A DNA stretch of 64,000 bases, taken from IMG/VR virus record IMGVR_UViG_3300049856_000265, positions 21,555 to 85,554 of that record, one strand, 5' to 3'. The DNA comes from a virus. Shown in pieces: positions 19,187 through 27,935 of the stretch; position 1 is the first letter of the stretch; each line of letters begins with the position of its first letter. A program made the position numbers and the translations under genes. The notes beneath the pieces were generated by a model that had not been told where the DNA came from, made no database searches, and saw only the letters and a program-made list of their open reading frames with translations.

Positions 19187-20563
19187 ATGAATAGTTTTCT
19201 TAATAATTTAATACTTGATGTAGATTCTTATAAGTCGAGCCACTTCCTGCAGTACCCGCCGAATACTACTAAAGTCTTTTCGTATATCGAATCCCGTGGC
19301 GGTAAGTATGCCCAAACCGTTATGTTTGGACTTCAGCCTTTGCTTAAAAAGTTAGAGGTCGGCGTAACTAAAGAAAACGTCGAAGAAGCTAAGACTTTCT
19401 TTGAAGCACATGGCGAACCTTTCAACTACGATGGCTGGATGTATATTGTAAATGAACTTAAGGGTAAGCTTCCTATTAAGATCAAGGCAGCTCCTGAAGG
19501 TAGCGTAATCCCAACAGGCAATGCTTTGGTAACAGTTGAGAATACTGATCCTAAATGCTATTGGTTAACTTCCTGGCTTGAAACTCAATTGCTTAGAGTT
19601 TGGTATCCCATTACAGTTGCTACCCAATCTTATACTATTAAGAAGATCATCAAAAGCTACCTAGAAGCTACTTCAGATGATCCTGCAGCTGAGCTTCCTT
19701 TTAAGCTTCATGACTTTGGATCGCGTGGCGTATCCAGTGAAGAATCAGCAGCCCTTGGTGGCGCGGCACACCTTGTAAACTTCATGGGTTCTGATACAGT
19801 TGCTGGAGTAGTTCTGGCTAATCGAGTTTATAAATCTCCCATGTCTGGATTCTCTATTCCAGCTTCTGAGCACAGTTCTATTACCTCCTGGGGACGTGAT
19901 GGAGAGCTGGCAGCCTATCGCAATATGCTGAAGCAGTTCGCTAAGCCTGGAGCCCTTGTAGCCTGCGTATCGGATAGTTATGATCTTTATAATGCCGTTG
20001 AAAACCTGTGGGGCGGTGAACTTAAAAAAGACATCGAAGAATCAGGAGCTATCCTTATCGTGCGACCTGACAGCGGTAATCCAGTAGAAGTAGTTCTTAA
20101 GACTACTCAGCTTTTGGATAGCCGTTTTGGCAGTACCTACAATACCAAAGGCTTTAAAGTTCTTAATCATGTTAGAGTTATCCAAGGTGACGGGATCAAT
20201 GAAGAATCGATTCGCCAGATCCTTGAGGTTTTGAAAGCTAATGGCTATTCTGCAACCAATATCGCTTTCGGTATGGGCGGTGCGTTGCTTCAGCAAGTAA
20301 ATCGGGATACTCAGAAGTTTGCCATGAAGTGTAGTCATGCCGTAATCAATGGTAAGTCAGTTGAAGTGTACAAAGATCCTGTTACAGACCATGGTAAGAA
20401 GTCTAAGAAAGGCATGCTTGATCTAGTCTATCGTATGAATAAGTTTGAAACTATTCAAGGCGATAATGCTTGGGGTTCAGTACTTAAAGTAGTATTCCAA
20501 GATGGTAAAGTTACTAAAGAATATACTTTAGATGAAATCAGGGCCTTGTCAAATAAGTTTTAG
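19187..20563 (+). CDS. nadV: nicotinamide phosphoribosyltransferase (Nampt)
   Basis: DSYKSSH, LHDFGSRG, PASEHS, VSDSYD, RPDSG, QGDG, FGMGG, RDTQKFAMK. Confidence 0.95.
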   Translation: MNSFLNNLILDVDSYKSSHFLQYPPNTTKVFSYIESRGGKYAQTVMFGLQPLLKKLEVGVTKENVEEAKTFFEAHGEPFNYDGWMYIVNELKGKLPIKIKAAPEGSVIPTGNALVTVENTDPKCYWLTSWLETQLLRVWYPITVATQSYTIKKIIKSYLEATSDDPAAELPFKLHDFGSRGVSSEESAALGGAAHLVNFMGSDTVAGVVLANRVYKSPMSGFSIPASEHSSITSWGRDGELAAYRNMLKQFAKPGALVACVSDSYDLYNAVENLWGGELKKDIEESGAILIVRPDSGNPVEVVLKTTQLLDSRFGSTYNTKGFKVLNHVRVIQGDGINEESIRQILEVLKANGYSATNIAFGMGGALLQQVNRDTQKFAMKCSHAVINGKSVEVYKDPVTDHGKKSKKGMLDLVYRMNKFETIQGDNAWGSVLKVVFQDGKVTKEYTLDEIRALSNKF

Positions 20564-20580
20564 TATGCTAATCTAAGAGC

Positions 20581-21363
20581 ATGGAACCTAAATGGTTTGT
20601 TCTTGGAGATGTTCATGGAAAGTACGATAACTTGATGAAGCTTATTAAGCTGATTCGAGATGATGGTGGTTTAGACTTCAAGAATGGTGATATGCTAGTC
20701 CAACTTGGAGATCGTTGTGATCGTGGCCCTGATTCTTTCCGAGTTAATAACTTTTTCTATAAGCTTGAAAAGCGCTATCCTAGCCAAGTGATATGTTTAA
20801 AGGGCAATCATGAAGATATGATGCTTAAGGCTGCACTTAACATTGATAATTATGGATTTATGCTTAATGGCGGCGGCGCTACGATGAAATCTTATAAGTG
20901 CTATAGCAACAATCCTCAAGTTCTTGGATACAAGCTTCAAGATTGTGGACATTTACTTTGGCATGACCGTCAACCTATCTTTTATGAAACTGATAAGTAT
21001 ATTTTTACTCATGCACCTATTCCTCTGCCAGAATATCGGCATAACCAGGCTTCTCGTGATAACTTTAGAGAGGATAATGAGACTTGCTTTTGGAGCTATG
21101 GCGGTGATAAGTTAGTTGATTGGGTTGATCCTGAACCCGTACCTGGTAAAATCGCGGTATCTGGCCATGTTCATGGAATGCATAAGCGTAAAACAGATAA
21201 CCAGTATATCGTCCCTGGAATCCGTCAAGTAGGTAGTAGTTTTTGCATCGATACTGGCAGCGGTTGCCACAAGGCAGGGTATCTTACAGCTTTAGAGCTT
21301 ACAACAATGACTCAGTATACTAGCAATGGAGAGGTCCTAATAGGAGAGTTTATAAATGAGTAA
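20581..21363 (+). CDS. Ser/Thr protein phosphatase (PPP-family metallophosphoesterase)
   Basis: GDVHG, LGDRCDRG, KGNHE, THA, SGH, IDTG; preceded by TTGTCA-N17-TAATCT-N6-ATG. Confidence 0.85.
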   Translation: MEPKWFVLGDVHGKYDNLMKLIKLIRDDGGLDFKNGDMLVQLGDRCDRGPDSFRVNNFFYKLEKRYPSQVICLKGNHEDMMLKAALNIDNYGFMLNGGGATMKSYKCYSNNPQVLGYKLQDCGHLLWHDRQPIFYETDKYIFTHAPIPLPEYRHNQASRDNFREDNETCFWSYGGDKLVDWVDPEPVPGKIAVSGHVHGMHKRKTDNQYIVPGIRQVGSSFCIDTGSGCHKAGYLTALELTTMTQYTSNGEVLIGEFINE

Positions 21364-21712
21364 CAAAGTTGACTATAATACACCTGCCCATAAAGGGCAT
21401 TGGATTAGTGGATCCTTTTCTAATCCAGCTACTCCTGATGAGATTGCTCAAGCTGTAAAAGATGGTATGATCCCAATGAGCGAACTTAAGGACGGCCAAT
21501 GGTATGCTGGGCATTGCAGGAATGCTAGCAAGGCTCAATGGAAAGCCGAGGCTAAAGAGTTTAGCTATTGGCGTTATAAGTTTGGTAACTACTTTCTGGA
21601 TACGGCTAATCATATCGAAGAAGATAACGGATTTGATTGTTTTATCCCTGTAGCAGAAACTACACCTGAAACTAAGCATTTGGAGGCTAAAGATGAATCA
21701 GATAAAGGTTGA
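21356..21712 (+). CDS. hypothetical protein
   Basis: coupled ORF, GHCRNASKAQW motif. Confidence 0.6.
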   Translation: MSNKVDYNTPAHKGHWISGSFSNPATPDEIAQAVKDGMIPMSELKDGQWYAGHCRNASKAQWKAEAKEFSYWRYKFGNYFLDTANHIEEDNGFDCFIPVAETTPETKHLEAKDESDKG

Positions 21713-22385
21713 ACTTCAAGAATGGATGGGTTCAGATCGGCAAATTGCGGAAGCCGCTTGGACTAGTAGCCTCACCTTAGAATCCAAAGATACGAGGACT
21801 CAAGAAGACATAGCCCGAGTAGTTCAAATGCTAATAAAAGACAAACATGCTAGCCCTATTGAGGCTGTTGTCTTTAGATTTTGGATTAAAATGCCTATAT
21901 CAACGGATCGTCAGCATATGACTCACCGTATTGCTAGTCATAATGGTATGTCTGGACGTTATAGGACTATGCCTGCCGAGTTTCAAGTAGTTCCAGATGA
22001 CGTTAAAGATATTATTAATAAATTCCCAGCAAACTCCTTATGTAATTGGGTAGACGAGTATCAAGCTATTTGCAGATCTTCTAATGATTGGTATCAAAAT
22101 GTAGCGGCGGCGGCTAGGCCGTTAATTAGTACAGAACATATTACTAATACTGAATTTAAACGACTTCGTGAGTTCTTTCGTGGCGTACTACCTCAGAATA
22201 ATATTACAGAGCGCACTACAATTATGAATCTTCGTAGCTTTGCTAATTATCAAAAGCTTCGTAATTCAGAACATGCCCAACCTGAAATTAAGCAAGTAGC
22301 TGAACTTATGCTTAAAGCCGTAATAGAAGCTAATGTTTGTCCAGTTGCTATTGCAGCTTTGCAAACTAATGGCTGGAATATCTAA
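21693..22385 (+). CDS. thyX: flavin-dependent thymidylate synthase
   Basis: HASPIE, RQHMTHRIASHNGMSGRY, NLRSFANYQKLR, HAQPEI. Confidence 0.9.
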   Translation: MNQIKVELQEWMGSDRQIAEAAWTSSLTLESKDTRTQEDIARVVQMLIKDKHASPIEAVVFRFWIKMPISTDRQHMTHRIASHNGMSGRYRTMPAEFQVVPDDVKDIINKFPANSLCNWVDEYQAICRSSNDWYQNVAAAARPLISTEHITNTEFKRLREFFRGVLPQNNITERTTIMNLRSFANYQKLRNSEHAQPEIKQVAELMLKAVIEANVCPVAIAALQTNGWNI

Positions 22386-22436
22386 CTTTAGTAACAAATA
22401 TTAATAGTAAACGAATAGCTTTTAAGAAGGAATAAA

Positions 22437-22658
22437 ATGGCAGCAATAACAGATAGACTTAAGACAGCACTTTTACATGCTTTTGGGCTTCCTGAAACAT
22501 CACTTGAGCTAATCAATGTGATTAATGAGCAAAATCAACAAATTACACAACTTACAACGAAATTTGACGATTTACTTGTTAAGTTAGATTCCGATGCTGG
22601 AGTTAGTGATACTGACTATCTTGCTTCACTTGAAGTTTCAGAAGATTGGGATTCATAA
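22437..22658 (+). CDS. small putative virion protein
   Basis: RBS AAGGAA; LVKLDSDAGVSDTDY motif; preceded by AACAAATA. Confidence 0.55.
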   Translation: MAAITDRLKTALLHAFGLPETSLELINVINEQNQQITQLTTKFDDLLVKLDSDAGVSDTDYLASLEVSEDWDS

Positions 22659-22662
22659 TAAA

Positions 22663-22926
22663 ATGCCGAATACGCCACTTTCTCAATTAAATTATAGACC
22701 TGGACATCATTCAGAAGAAGCTGAGCTTTTGCATCACGAGCTACGAGTTTCTATTAACTCAATATCGGATGTACTAGAGACTAAAGTATCAAAAGAACAG
22801 TTTCTAGCTATAGTAGATAGCTTTACACAGAAAATAGAAACTTTAGACGCAGATAATAAAGTACTATTAAACATCATTAGTCAACAAATTCAGTCACTTA
22901 GTGATCGAATTACAAACTTAGAATAA
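22663..22926 (+). CDS. small coiled-coil protein (likely start MPNT at 22663)
   Basis: heptad-rich C-terminus LSDRITNLE. Confidence 0.55.
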   Translation: MPNTPLSQLNYRPGHHSEEAELLHHELRVSINSISDVLETKVSKEQFLAIVDSFTQKIETLDADNKVLLNIISQQIQSLSDRITNLE

Positions 22927-22944
22927 TTAAAAAGGAATAAAATA

Positions 22945-23421
22945 ATGACAACTGTAACTAAACTAACCGGCCTTGCCTCACAATCTTACTCTGAAACAGA
23001 CGGAACAGCACTTGTTCAAACTTCTACAATGTCGGATGCTGTAGAGCAAGCATCATTGACTTTGGCCATGGCCACTGCTGGCGTTAATAAAGGAACTACA
23101 GAACTAGAGCTAGTAAATGCTGCTGGAGTTACCGTTGCTACTATTAAAGGTAAATACGAAACAAACCTTACTGTTAACTTGACTGCAACAGAAGGCGCTT
23201 CTGCTAATAACGGTTCTACTTCTCAAGCTATTACTTGGAATGTAGGTTTGGACGCTTTTGGCCCAGGCTCAAAGATTAAAGCAACTTTCTCAGGTAAGAT
23301 TGCAAAAGAAACTGTTACAGGTTCTGGATATGCAAGTACTATTAGCGGTAGTGGACATACGGTCATTACCTATCCTTTTAAAGCTGTTTCTGTTGAAGTT
23401 ATTGAAGGTTCTGACGGTTAA
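22945..23421 (+). CDS. Thr/Ser/Gly-rich beta protein, putative virion decoration
   Basis: RBS AAGGAA, structural-protein-like composition, followed by a terminator. Confidence 0.5.
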   Translation: MTTVTKLTGLASQSYSETDGTALVQTSTMSDAVEQASLTLAMATAGVNKGTTELELVNAAGVTVATIKGKYETNLTVNLTATEGASANNGSTSQAITWNVGLDAFGPGSKIKATFSGKIAKETVTGSGYASTISGSGHTVITYPFKAVSVEVIEGSDG

Positions 23422-23452
23422 GTTCTAACCTTTAGCTAAGTTTAAAGCTAGT

Positions 23453-23489
23453 CCTCGGTAGGTTCTTCGGGATCTATCGAGGTTTTTTT
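23453..23489 (+). terminator. intrinsic terminator abutting the GT9 start codon
   Basis: CCTCGGTAGGTTC-TTCG-GGATCTATCGAGG-TTTTTTT then ATG. Confidence 0.8.
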
Positions 23490-24419
23490 ATGTCTAATAA
23501 AAATGTAGTTATATTTATAGAAGGCGGTTTAGGCGATCAGGTTGATTCTGAGCCGGTAGTGCGCAAACTAAAGGTGCTATATCCAAACAGTAAAGTAATA
23601 TTAATTACACAACATTCTGAAGTCTTTGATCACCTAGGTTTAGATATCTACAAACCCGGTCAGTTTATAGTGCCTGACGACGCTTTTATAATCAATACCC
23701 TAAAGCCTATAAATCACGTTTCTAAAAACTACATGGTACATAAGCTATGTCATGGCGTAGACTATGCTAGTTTACAATGTTTAAAAGGTACTTTAACTGC
23801 TAAAGAGAAAGAAATAACCCTTAGCTTTGAGCCTAAGCACCTAGCTCATGTTGAAAAGCTATGTGGAGATACGAGTAAGCTAGTAGTTCTCCATCCTGGT
23901 CTTGGATGGGCTTCCAAAACCTTCCCAGACGACGTATGGGACTCTTGGATTGACTTTCTTCTGGCTAACGGCTATAAGGTGGCCCTAATAGGTAAACGTG
24001 TTAACGAGGCGCAGGGAGCGTTAAAACTAAAACCACGAACTCATCCAAACTTTGTAGATTTAATAGATAAACTTAGCCTTAAAGAAACATTCGCATTGCT
24101 GTCTAAAGCCCCTATTCTTATATCCAATGATTCGTCTCCTATTCATATTGCAGGAGCTTTTGACAACTATATAGGCGTTATAGCTACTTGCAAGCATCCA
24201 GAATTAATACTACCTTATAGGGGCGGTTTTGGTAATGTCTGGCATAAAGCAAAATCTCTTGAAAAGGCTAGGATGTATGATGAATATAATCATCTACCTT
24301 CAAAAGAACTATCTCTAATCTATTACCTTCCCGATGGCATAACTAGCATTCGTCCGTATCTACCGTCTCCTTTGGACATCTTATGCTATGTTCAATCTAT
24401 ATTAGTTGACAAGACTTAA
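23490..24419 (+). CDS. glycosyltransferase family 9 (heptosyltransferase-like)
   Basis: GGLGD, VVLHPG..WASKTFP, LSLKETFALL, ISNDSSPIHIAGA. Confidence 0.85.
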   Translation: MSNKNVVIFIEGGLGDQVDSEPVVRKLKVLYPNSKVILITQHSEVFDHLGLDIYKPGQFIVPDDAFIINTLKPINHVSKNYMVHKLCHGVDYASLQCLKGTLTAKEKEITLSFEPKHLAHVEKLCGDTSKLVVLHPGLGWASKTFPDDVWDSWIDFLLANGYKVALIGKRVNEAQGALKLKPRTHPNFVDLIDKLSLKETFALLSKAPILISNDSSPIHIAGAFDNYIGVIATCKHPELILPYRGGFGNVWHKAKSLEKARMYDEYNHLPSKELSLIYYLPDGITSIRPYLPSPLDILCYVQSILVDKT

Positions 24420-24486
24420 GTTACTTAGTCTCTACTCCCACCACAAAGTACTTGCAAATTGAGTAACTTTATAGTAAGCTGAGGGT

Positions 24487-25659
24487 ATGAGTAAACCTAA
24501 CCGACTTTCCCATTCGGCATGCAATAAGTTTCAGCAATGCCCTAAAGCTTACCAATATCATTACATCGATAAGTTGCGTTCAACGGTAACTTCGTCAGCG
24601 CTCATTTTCGGTTCAGCAATTGACTTGGCCCTCGGAGCCATGCTTGAAGATCATAAAAACAATAATCTAGACATCCTAGGCCAAGCTTATGAAAGCGTAT
24701 TCGTGCGCAATTGGCGGCGCGGCAAAGTAAACAACGTTGAAGTAGATCTATTTGATAATCCAGATATTGTTTATGCTGCCGCCGATCTTGATATTAAGCT
24801 TTTTAATCAGAAGGATTGGATGCAGATCTTGTCAGCTGGTCAGAACATCTATCTAGGTATTAATGCTTTTAAAGGAATTACTCCTGAAGCCATTATGGCC
24901 ACTTATGATCTAGTGCTGGCTGAAAAGGAAGCTAAAGGCTGGGATAACTTGCCAGTAAATGCTAGGAAGTTCTATAACTATGTCAATTGGCTTTGCTTAA
25001 CCAAGAAAGGCATCTTGATGCTTGAGGCTTACCGTACTGAAGTCTTGCCTAAAATCAAGAAAGTACTAGCTATCCAAAAAGAAATCAATATTAGTAACGA
25101 TTCAGGTGATAGTATTATTGGCTATATTGATCTAGTTGCCGAGATGGATGACGGTAAGGTTTATGTTTTGGATAACAAGACGGCTGCTCGTGCCTACGAC
25201 TGGGATGCAGTTGAAAAGTCAACCCAGTTAGCTCTCTATGTACATGCGGTTGAAAATGAATATAATACTCGTCATGCCGGGTTTATCGTCCTAGGCAAAG
25301 CTATCGATAAAAACCTGGTTAAAACTTGTGCGTTTTGTAAAAAAGATCTTAGCGGTAGCCGAGTCAAGACTTGTGATGAGATGCTTCAGAATGGATTACC
25401 TAGTAAAATGTACCGATGCGGCGGCGAGATCCAAGAAGTAGCGCATCCTAAAGCTACGGTTCAGATCTTGCTTGGAACTATTCCAGATCAAGTAGATACT
25501 TTGGTTATGGAAAATATGATGGATATTAATGCTGCTATTAAAACTGAGGTATTCCCGCGTAATTTGAATGCTTGTGATAAACCTTTTCCCTGTCAGTTTA
25601 AATCGCTTTGCTGGAAGAATAGTATGCAAAACTTGGTCGATACGAAGGAGAAAGAATGA
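24487..25659 (+). CDS. PD-(D/E)XK exonuclease (Cas4/AddB-like) with Fe-S cysteines
   Basis: LSHS..CP, GYIDLV, VLDNKT, QLALY, C-terminal CDKPFPCQFKSLC. Confidence 0.85.
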   Translation: MSKPNRLSHSACNKFQQCPKAYQYHYIDKLRSTVTSSALIFGSAIDLALGAMLEDHKNNNLDILGQAYESVFVRNWRRGKVNNVEVDLFDNPDIVYAAADLDIKLFNQKDWMQILSAGQNIYLGINAFKGITPEAIMATYDLVLAEKEAKGWDNLPVNARKFYNYVNWLCLTKKGILMLEAYRTEVLPKIKKVLAIQKEINISNDSGDSIIGYIDLVAEMDDGKVYVLDNKTAARAYDWDAVEKSTQLALYVHAVENEYNTRHAGFIVLGKAIDKNLVKTCAFCKKDLSGSRVKTCDEMLQNGLPSKMYRCGGEIQEVAHPKATVQILLGTIPDQVDTLVMENMMDINAAIKTEVFPRNLNACDKPFPCQFKSLCWKNSMQNLVDTKEKE

Positions 25660-25886
25660 GTAAACTTAAGTACTATCTAGTAGAAAATGAAAGAATGACT
25701 TTAAATAAACTACATAATGCAGATTTATTGCTCAATGCACGTAATAGAGATTGTATGTCACGCATGTCTGAAGAACTTTTAGGAACTATCGGTGGGCTTA
25801 CTTTTGAACAACGGGCTACTTTTGAGAAAATCTTCAAAATGGGCTATATTGCAGGTTGTTGCTATTATCCAGAAGAACAAGATTAA
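25656..25886 (+). CDS. hypothetical protein
   Basis: RBS AAGGAG, ATGA overlap. Confidence 0.6.
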   Translation: MSKLKYYLVENERMTLNKLHNADLLLNARNRDCMSRMSEELLGTIGGLTFEQRATFEKIFKMGYIAGCCYYPEEQD

Positions 25887-25945
25887 TAGGATTATACTTT
25901 ACAAATTGAGTAACTAGTGCTATCCTCAAAATATAGGAGATCTAA

Positions 25946-26191
25946 ATGAGTAAAGTAGGACAATCGATCAGGCTTAAGCAAAGCGAAACCAAGCCTTATG
26001 TAACTTTAGGCATCGCGACAACTGACGAAGGCTATGAACTTCGCAGGGTAACGGTAAGTGGTCTTGAAGTACAAGCTTTTAAAGTATTGCTTAAATCTAA
26101 AGAACGTGCGGAAGTAATGCAGCAATTGCAACTCGAGTTGAGTGCTTATATTATTAACTTTAATCGTGGTGAAACTAAGGAGACTAAATAA
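25946..26191 (+). CDS. hypothetical protein
   Basis: RBS AGGAG; upstream TTTACA-N17-TATCCT. Confidence 0.6.
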   Translation: MSKVGQSIRLKQSETKPYVTLGIATTDEGYELRRVTVSGLEVQAFKVLLKSKERAEVMQQLQLELSAYIINFNRGETKETK

Positions 26192-26685
26192 TGGAAGAAA
26201 TGTGGGAATCTATAAAAGATTATCCCGATTATCAAGTAAGTAATTCTGGTAAAGTTTATTCTCTAAAGAATAATATGGAATTAAAAGGTCAAGTTGAGCG
26301 TTCTGGGTATAGGTTAGTTAAGCTTTTTATTAATGGAAAAGCTAAATCTTGGATGATCCATCGACTTGTAGCCAATGCTTTTATGGATAACTGGAATAAT
26401 AAGTCTCAAGTCAATCATAAAGATGGAAATAAACAAAATAATTACTTTCTTAATCTAGAATGGGTTACGGCTTCTGAAAACCAATTGCATGCTATAAAAG
26501 AAGGTCTTGTACGGCATTGTGAAGGTGAAACGCACTTTAATTGTAAGCTTAGTTCTAATGATGATGCTGAAATTGCAGAATTATACAAAACGCAATCACA
26601 AGTACAAATTGCTAAAATGTATGAGATTTCTCAGTCTAGTGTTGGACGGGCTTTAAATCGTTATTATAAGAAAGGAATTAAATAA
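26191..26685 (+). CDS. NUMOD4-HNH homing endonuclease
   Basis: EMWESIKDYPDYQVSNSGKV, IHRLVANAF, VNHKDGNKQNN..NLEWVT, C-terminal HTH. Confidence 0.9.
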   Translation: MEEMWESIKDYPDYQVSNSGKVYSLKNNMELKGQVERSGYRLVKLFINGKAKSWMIHRLVANAFMDNWNNKSQVNHKDGNKQNNYFLNLEWVTASENQLHAIKEGLVRHCEGETHFNCKLSSNDDAEIAELYKTQSQVQIAKMYEISQSSVGRALNRYYKKGIK

Positions 26686-27351
26686 ATGAATCGTTCTGAA
26701 TCAATTAGTAAATTGGCTGTAGCTTTGCTTAAAGCTCAAGCAAGTATGGGTAATGCCAGCAAAGGCGCATCTAATCCTTACTTTAAATCGAGCTATGCCG
26801 ATCTTAACTCTATTCGTGAAGTCGTAACTCCAGCTCTTAATGCTAATGGCATTACGGTGCTTCAACCTACTACTACTTTGGATGGTAGGGCTTTTGTTGA
26901 AACATTGCTTCTCCATGAATCAGGTGAATTCTTGTCAAGTTTGACTGAAATTACAGTAGCTAAAGCTAATGATCCTCAAGCGGCAGGTAGCGCTATTAGC
27001 TATGCCCGTCGATATGGTCTGCAATCCTTCCTTAGTGTTGGTGCAGTAGATGATGATGGCGAAAAGGCCATGGCTCGAGGTCCTAGCCCTGCTCAACAGA
27101 AATGTGAGGCTAAAGCCGCGTTTAAGGCCGCCACCGCCGCCGTCTCAGAACCCCCTACAGTGCCCGCTACGCTTCCTGCAAGCGCCGTAGCTGAACGTTT
27201 GGCCGTAACTAGGCCCGAGGTATCGGCTGCTCCTGTCGCAGCTCCTGAGGCCGTTAAAACGCCTAAAAAGACCCCGTTTAATAAGCCGGGCAAGGTAGCA
27301 ACCCCAACTCCTATAAGTAATGGTACTGGCGACGCTGGAGGTTGGTCATGA
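26686..27351 (+). CDS. erf: ERF-family ssDNA annealing protein
   Basis: NPYFKSSYADL, LLHESGE, DPQAAGSAISYARRYGL, DDDG. Confidence 0.9.
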   Translation: MNRSESISKLAVALLKAQASMGNASKGASNPYFKSSYADLNSIREVVTPALNANGITVLQPTTTLDGRAFVETLLLHESGEFLSSLTEITVAKANDPQAAGSAISYARRYGLQSFLSVGAVDDDGEKAMARGPSPAQQKCEAKAAFKAATAAVSEPPTVPATLPASAVAERLAVTRPEVSAAPVAAPEAVKTPKKTPFNKPGKVATPTPISNGTGDAGGWS

Positions 27352-27446
27352 AATGGGTAATTGCATTGGTAGCTTTGGCTGCTTGTGTGACTTCAGGTCA
27401 AGTAAGAGAACATAATCACGATACTCATAATAAAGGAGTTAATTAA
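27348..27446 (+). CDS. tiny lipoprotein (32 aa)
   Basis: MKWVIALVALAAC lipobox, RBS GGAGG, ATGA overlap. Confidence 0.55.
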   Translation: MKWVIALVALAACVTSGQVREHNHDTHNKGVN

Positions 27447-27447
27447 A

Positions 27448-27684
27448 ATGTCTGAATCGAATAGTAAATATGTAAAAGTAGGTCAAATTGTTTTGAATAC
27501 GGATAAAGAGGGTAAAGAGTATCAACAGTTAATTCTCAATAAAGAATTTATTGAAAATGCTAATAATCTTATTAAATTGGCTTTTCTTGATAAGAGCGGT
27601 GGTCGTCGCTTTAATATTTTTGAGCCATTTGAAGGTGCACCATCTTTTGTTAAATATAATGTTTGTGTAAAAAAAGCAGAATAG
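27448..27684 (+). CDS. small hypothetical protein, possibly ssDNA-binding
   Basis: RBS AAGGAG; position after erf. Confidence 0.5.
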   Translation: MSESNSKYVKVGQIVLNTDKEGKEYQQLILNKEFIENANNLIKLAFLDKSGGRRFNIFEPFEGAPSFVKYNVCVKKAE

Positions 27685-27693
27685 TAATACAAT

Positions 27694-27860
27694 TTGTGCA
27701 ACGGCGTGGAAAGCTGTGGAGCTAGTGATTAACGATAGTCGGCTTAAGAGCAACGGATCACACGATATGTACCACTGGAGACACGCAACGAGCCGTCGTA
27801 GGGGCCATGTAAGAATGATCGGCAATTCCTCTAAGCCAGAGTCGCGTCTGGCTTGCACAA
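27694..27860 (+). ncRNA. tRNA-shaped structured RNA, copy 2
   Basis: closing stem TTGTGCAA/TTGCACAA; same three conserved blocks as copy 1 with compensatory stem changes. Confidence 0.75.
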
Positions 27861-27868
27861 TTCATTTT

Positions 27869-27935
27869 GAGTTGGCTAGGTCGCGCCTAGTCCTGACCTG
27901 ATGGTACCAGGTGACTCCGGGGAGAGACCCGACCA
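27869..27935 (+). ncRNA. compact multi-hairpin RNA candidate
   Basis: GAGTT/GACTC enclosing CTAGG-TCGCG-CCTAG and ACCTG/CAGGT, then CGGG-GAGAGA-CCCG-ACCA. Confidence 0.5.

Noticed and set aside
24487-25659. Cas4 as evidence of a CRISPR-Cas system
   Set aside because: No array or other cas genes; its position near erf fits a recombination exonuclease.
16494-27860. Canonical or intron-containing tRNA genes, or tmRNA
   Set aside because: No TTCRA T-loop, no 7-nt anticodon loop, no CCA end, and too short for tmRNA with no tag ORF. Kept as tRNA-shaped ncRNA only.
27890-27935. Hammerhead ribozyme suggested by CTGATG
   Set aside because: The CUGANGA core is incomplete and there is no GAAA strand.
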